Below, in pieces: positions 63,456 to 64,000 of a stretch of DNA of 64,000 nt (the stretch's first letter is position 1; every line of letters starts with the position of its first letter). Both the position numbers and the translations under genes were made by a program. The notes under the pieces were generated by a model. The model was given only the letters and a program-made list of their open reading frames with translations. It ran no database searches and had not been told where the DNA came from. The DNA is from a virus. The DNA lies in the IMG/VR virus record IMGVR_UViG_3300025888_000011, positions 32,001 through 96,000 of that record. The stretch is one strand, 5' to 3'.

Positions 63456-63476
63456 ATAACAATAATATAAAATGGA

Positions 63477-63680
63477 GTGATTATTATGAATGAAAATAAA
63501 AAAGTTTTTCCTTGTTACAGTATGCCTTTGTACAAATTCCTAAAATATAATGGATTAAGATATGAAATAACAGGTAAAAACGTTGAAACAGATAAATTAT
63601 TCTATCTTTATATGTATGATGAGAAACTTAAATGTCTATTAAAGAAATGGACAGAAGAAGGTTTGGAATTAAAAAAATAA
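63477..63680 (+). CDS. small DUF5659-like protein
   Basis: FPCYSMPLYKFLKYNGLRY......TDKLFYLY....L...L..W. Confidence 0.7.
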   Translation: MIIMNENKKVFPCYSMPLYKFLKYNGLRYEITGKNVETDKLFYLYMYDEKLKCLLKKWTEEGLELKK

Positions 63681-63708
63681 TAGTTAAAAACAAAATAATA
63701 TAATATGC

Positions 63709-63739
63709 AAAAGAGTTAATCAATTTGGTTGGCTCTTTT
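63709..63739 (+). terminator. intrinsic terminator
   Basis: AAAAGAGTTAAT/GTTGGCTCTTTT stem with G.U pairs. Confidence 0.6.
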
Positions 63740-63785
63740 ATTATGTAGTTTTATAAAAAATAGATAAATTAAAGGAGTGGATTTT

Positions 63786-64000
63786 ATGTTATTAACAAAA
63801 GAAGTGGAAATAGGTTTAGGTGGAGGAAATGCAAAGTATTACGAAAATTTAGGATATGAAATACCTAGGGAAGTTAGCAAATACGGAAAATTAGTAATTT
63901 CTAAAAGTCTTAAATTAAAAGTAAGAGTAAATGATTTAAAAAACAATTCAGTGGTTAAGGTTTATGTTAAATGTGATTGTGAAGATTGCACGACACCAAT
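63786..64000 (+). CDS. N-terminus of another zinc-binding endonuclease-like protein (partial)
   Basis: MLLTKEVEI...KYYENLGY...DL..NS.VKV.VKCDC resembles the N-terminus of 42617..44041. Confidence 0.65.
   Translation, partial: MLLTKEVEIGLGGGNAKYYENLGYEIPREVSKYGKLVISKSLKLKVRVNDLKNNSVVKVYVKCDCEDCTTP

Overview
AT-rich (Clostridium-like) 64-kb segment of a large SPbeta/c-st-like temperate phage that appears to persist as a plasmid prophage. Left to right: leftward sigmaA-driven small genes; a ~3-kb mostly non-coding region; a sporulation-linked module (two SpoIIIAC/AD-like proteins, FtsK/SpoIIIE ATPase, Replic_Relax relaxase-like protein, Mrr-like nuclease) with sigmaE/K- and sigmaG-like promoters; a TubR/TubZ/TubY partition system; two helicases; an iteron-flanked Rep initiator with a DnaA box; a YonO-like single-subunit RNA polymerase; an atypical tRNA(UGU); HU; a beta-CASP nuclease; YonK/YonJ-like genes; ClpP; then terminase, portal, head and tail genes. 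Three group I introns interrupt the RNAP, large terminase and tail tube genes, and about nine homing-endonuclease-like genes are scattered through the window. Most notable: (1) an in-frame TAA inside the HxHxDH motif of an otherwise intact beta-CASP gene, laid out like a 6-nt ribosomal hop; (2) a candidate mother-cell-to-forespore DNA transfer module; (3) a shared structured antisense-type leader upstream of free-standing endonucleases; (4) a dispersed oriented AATAATATAAAA motif. All family assignments come from motif recognition and remembered synteny; no searches were run.
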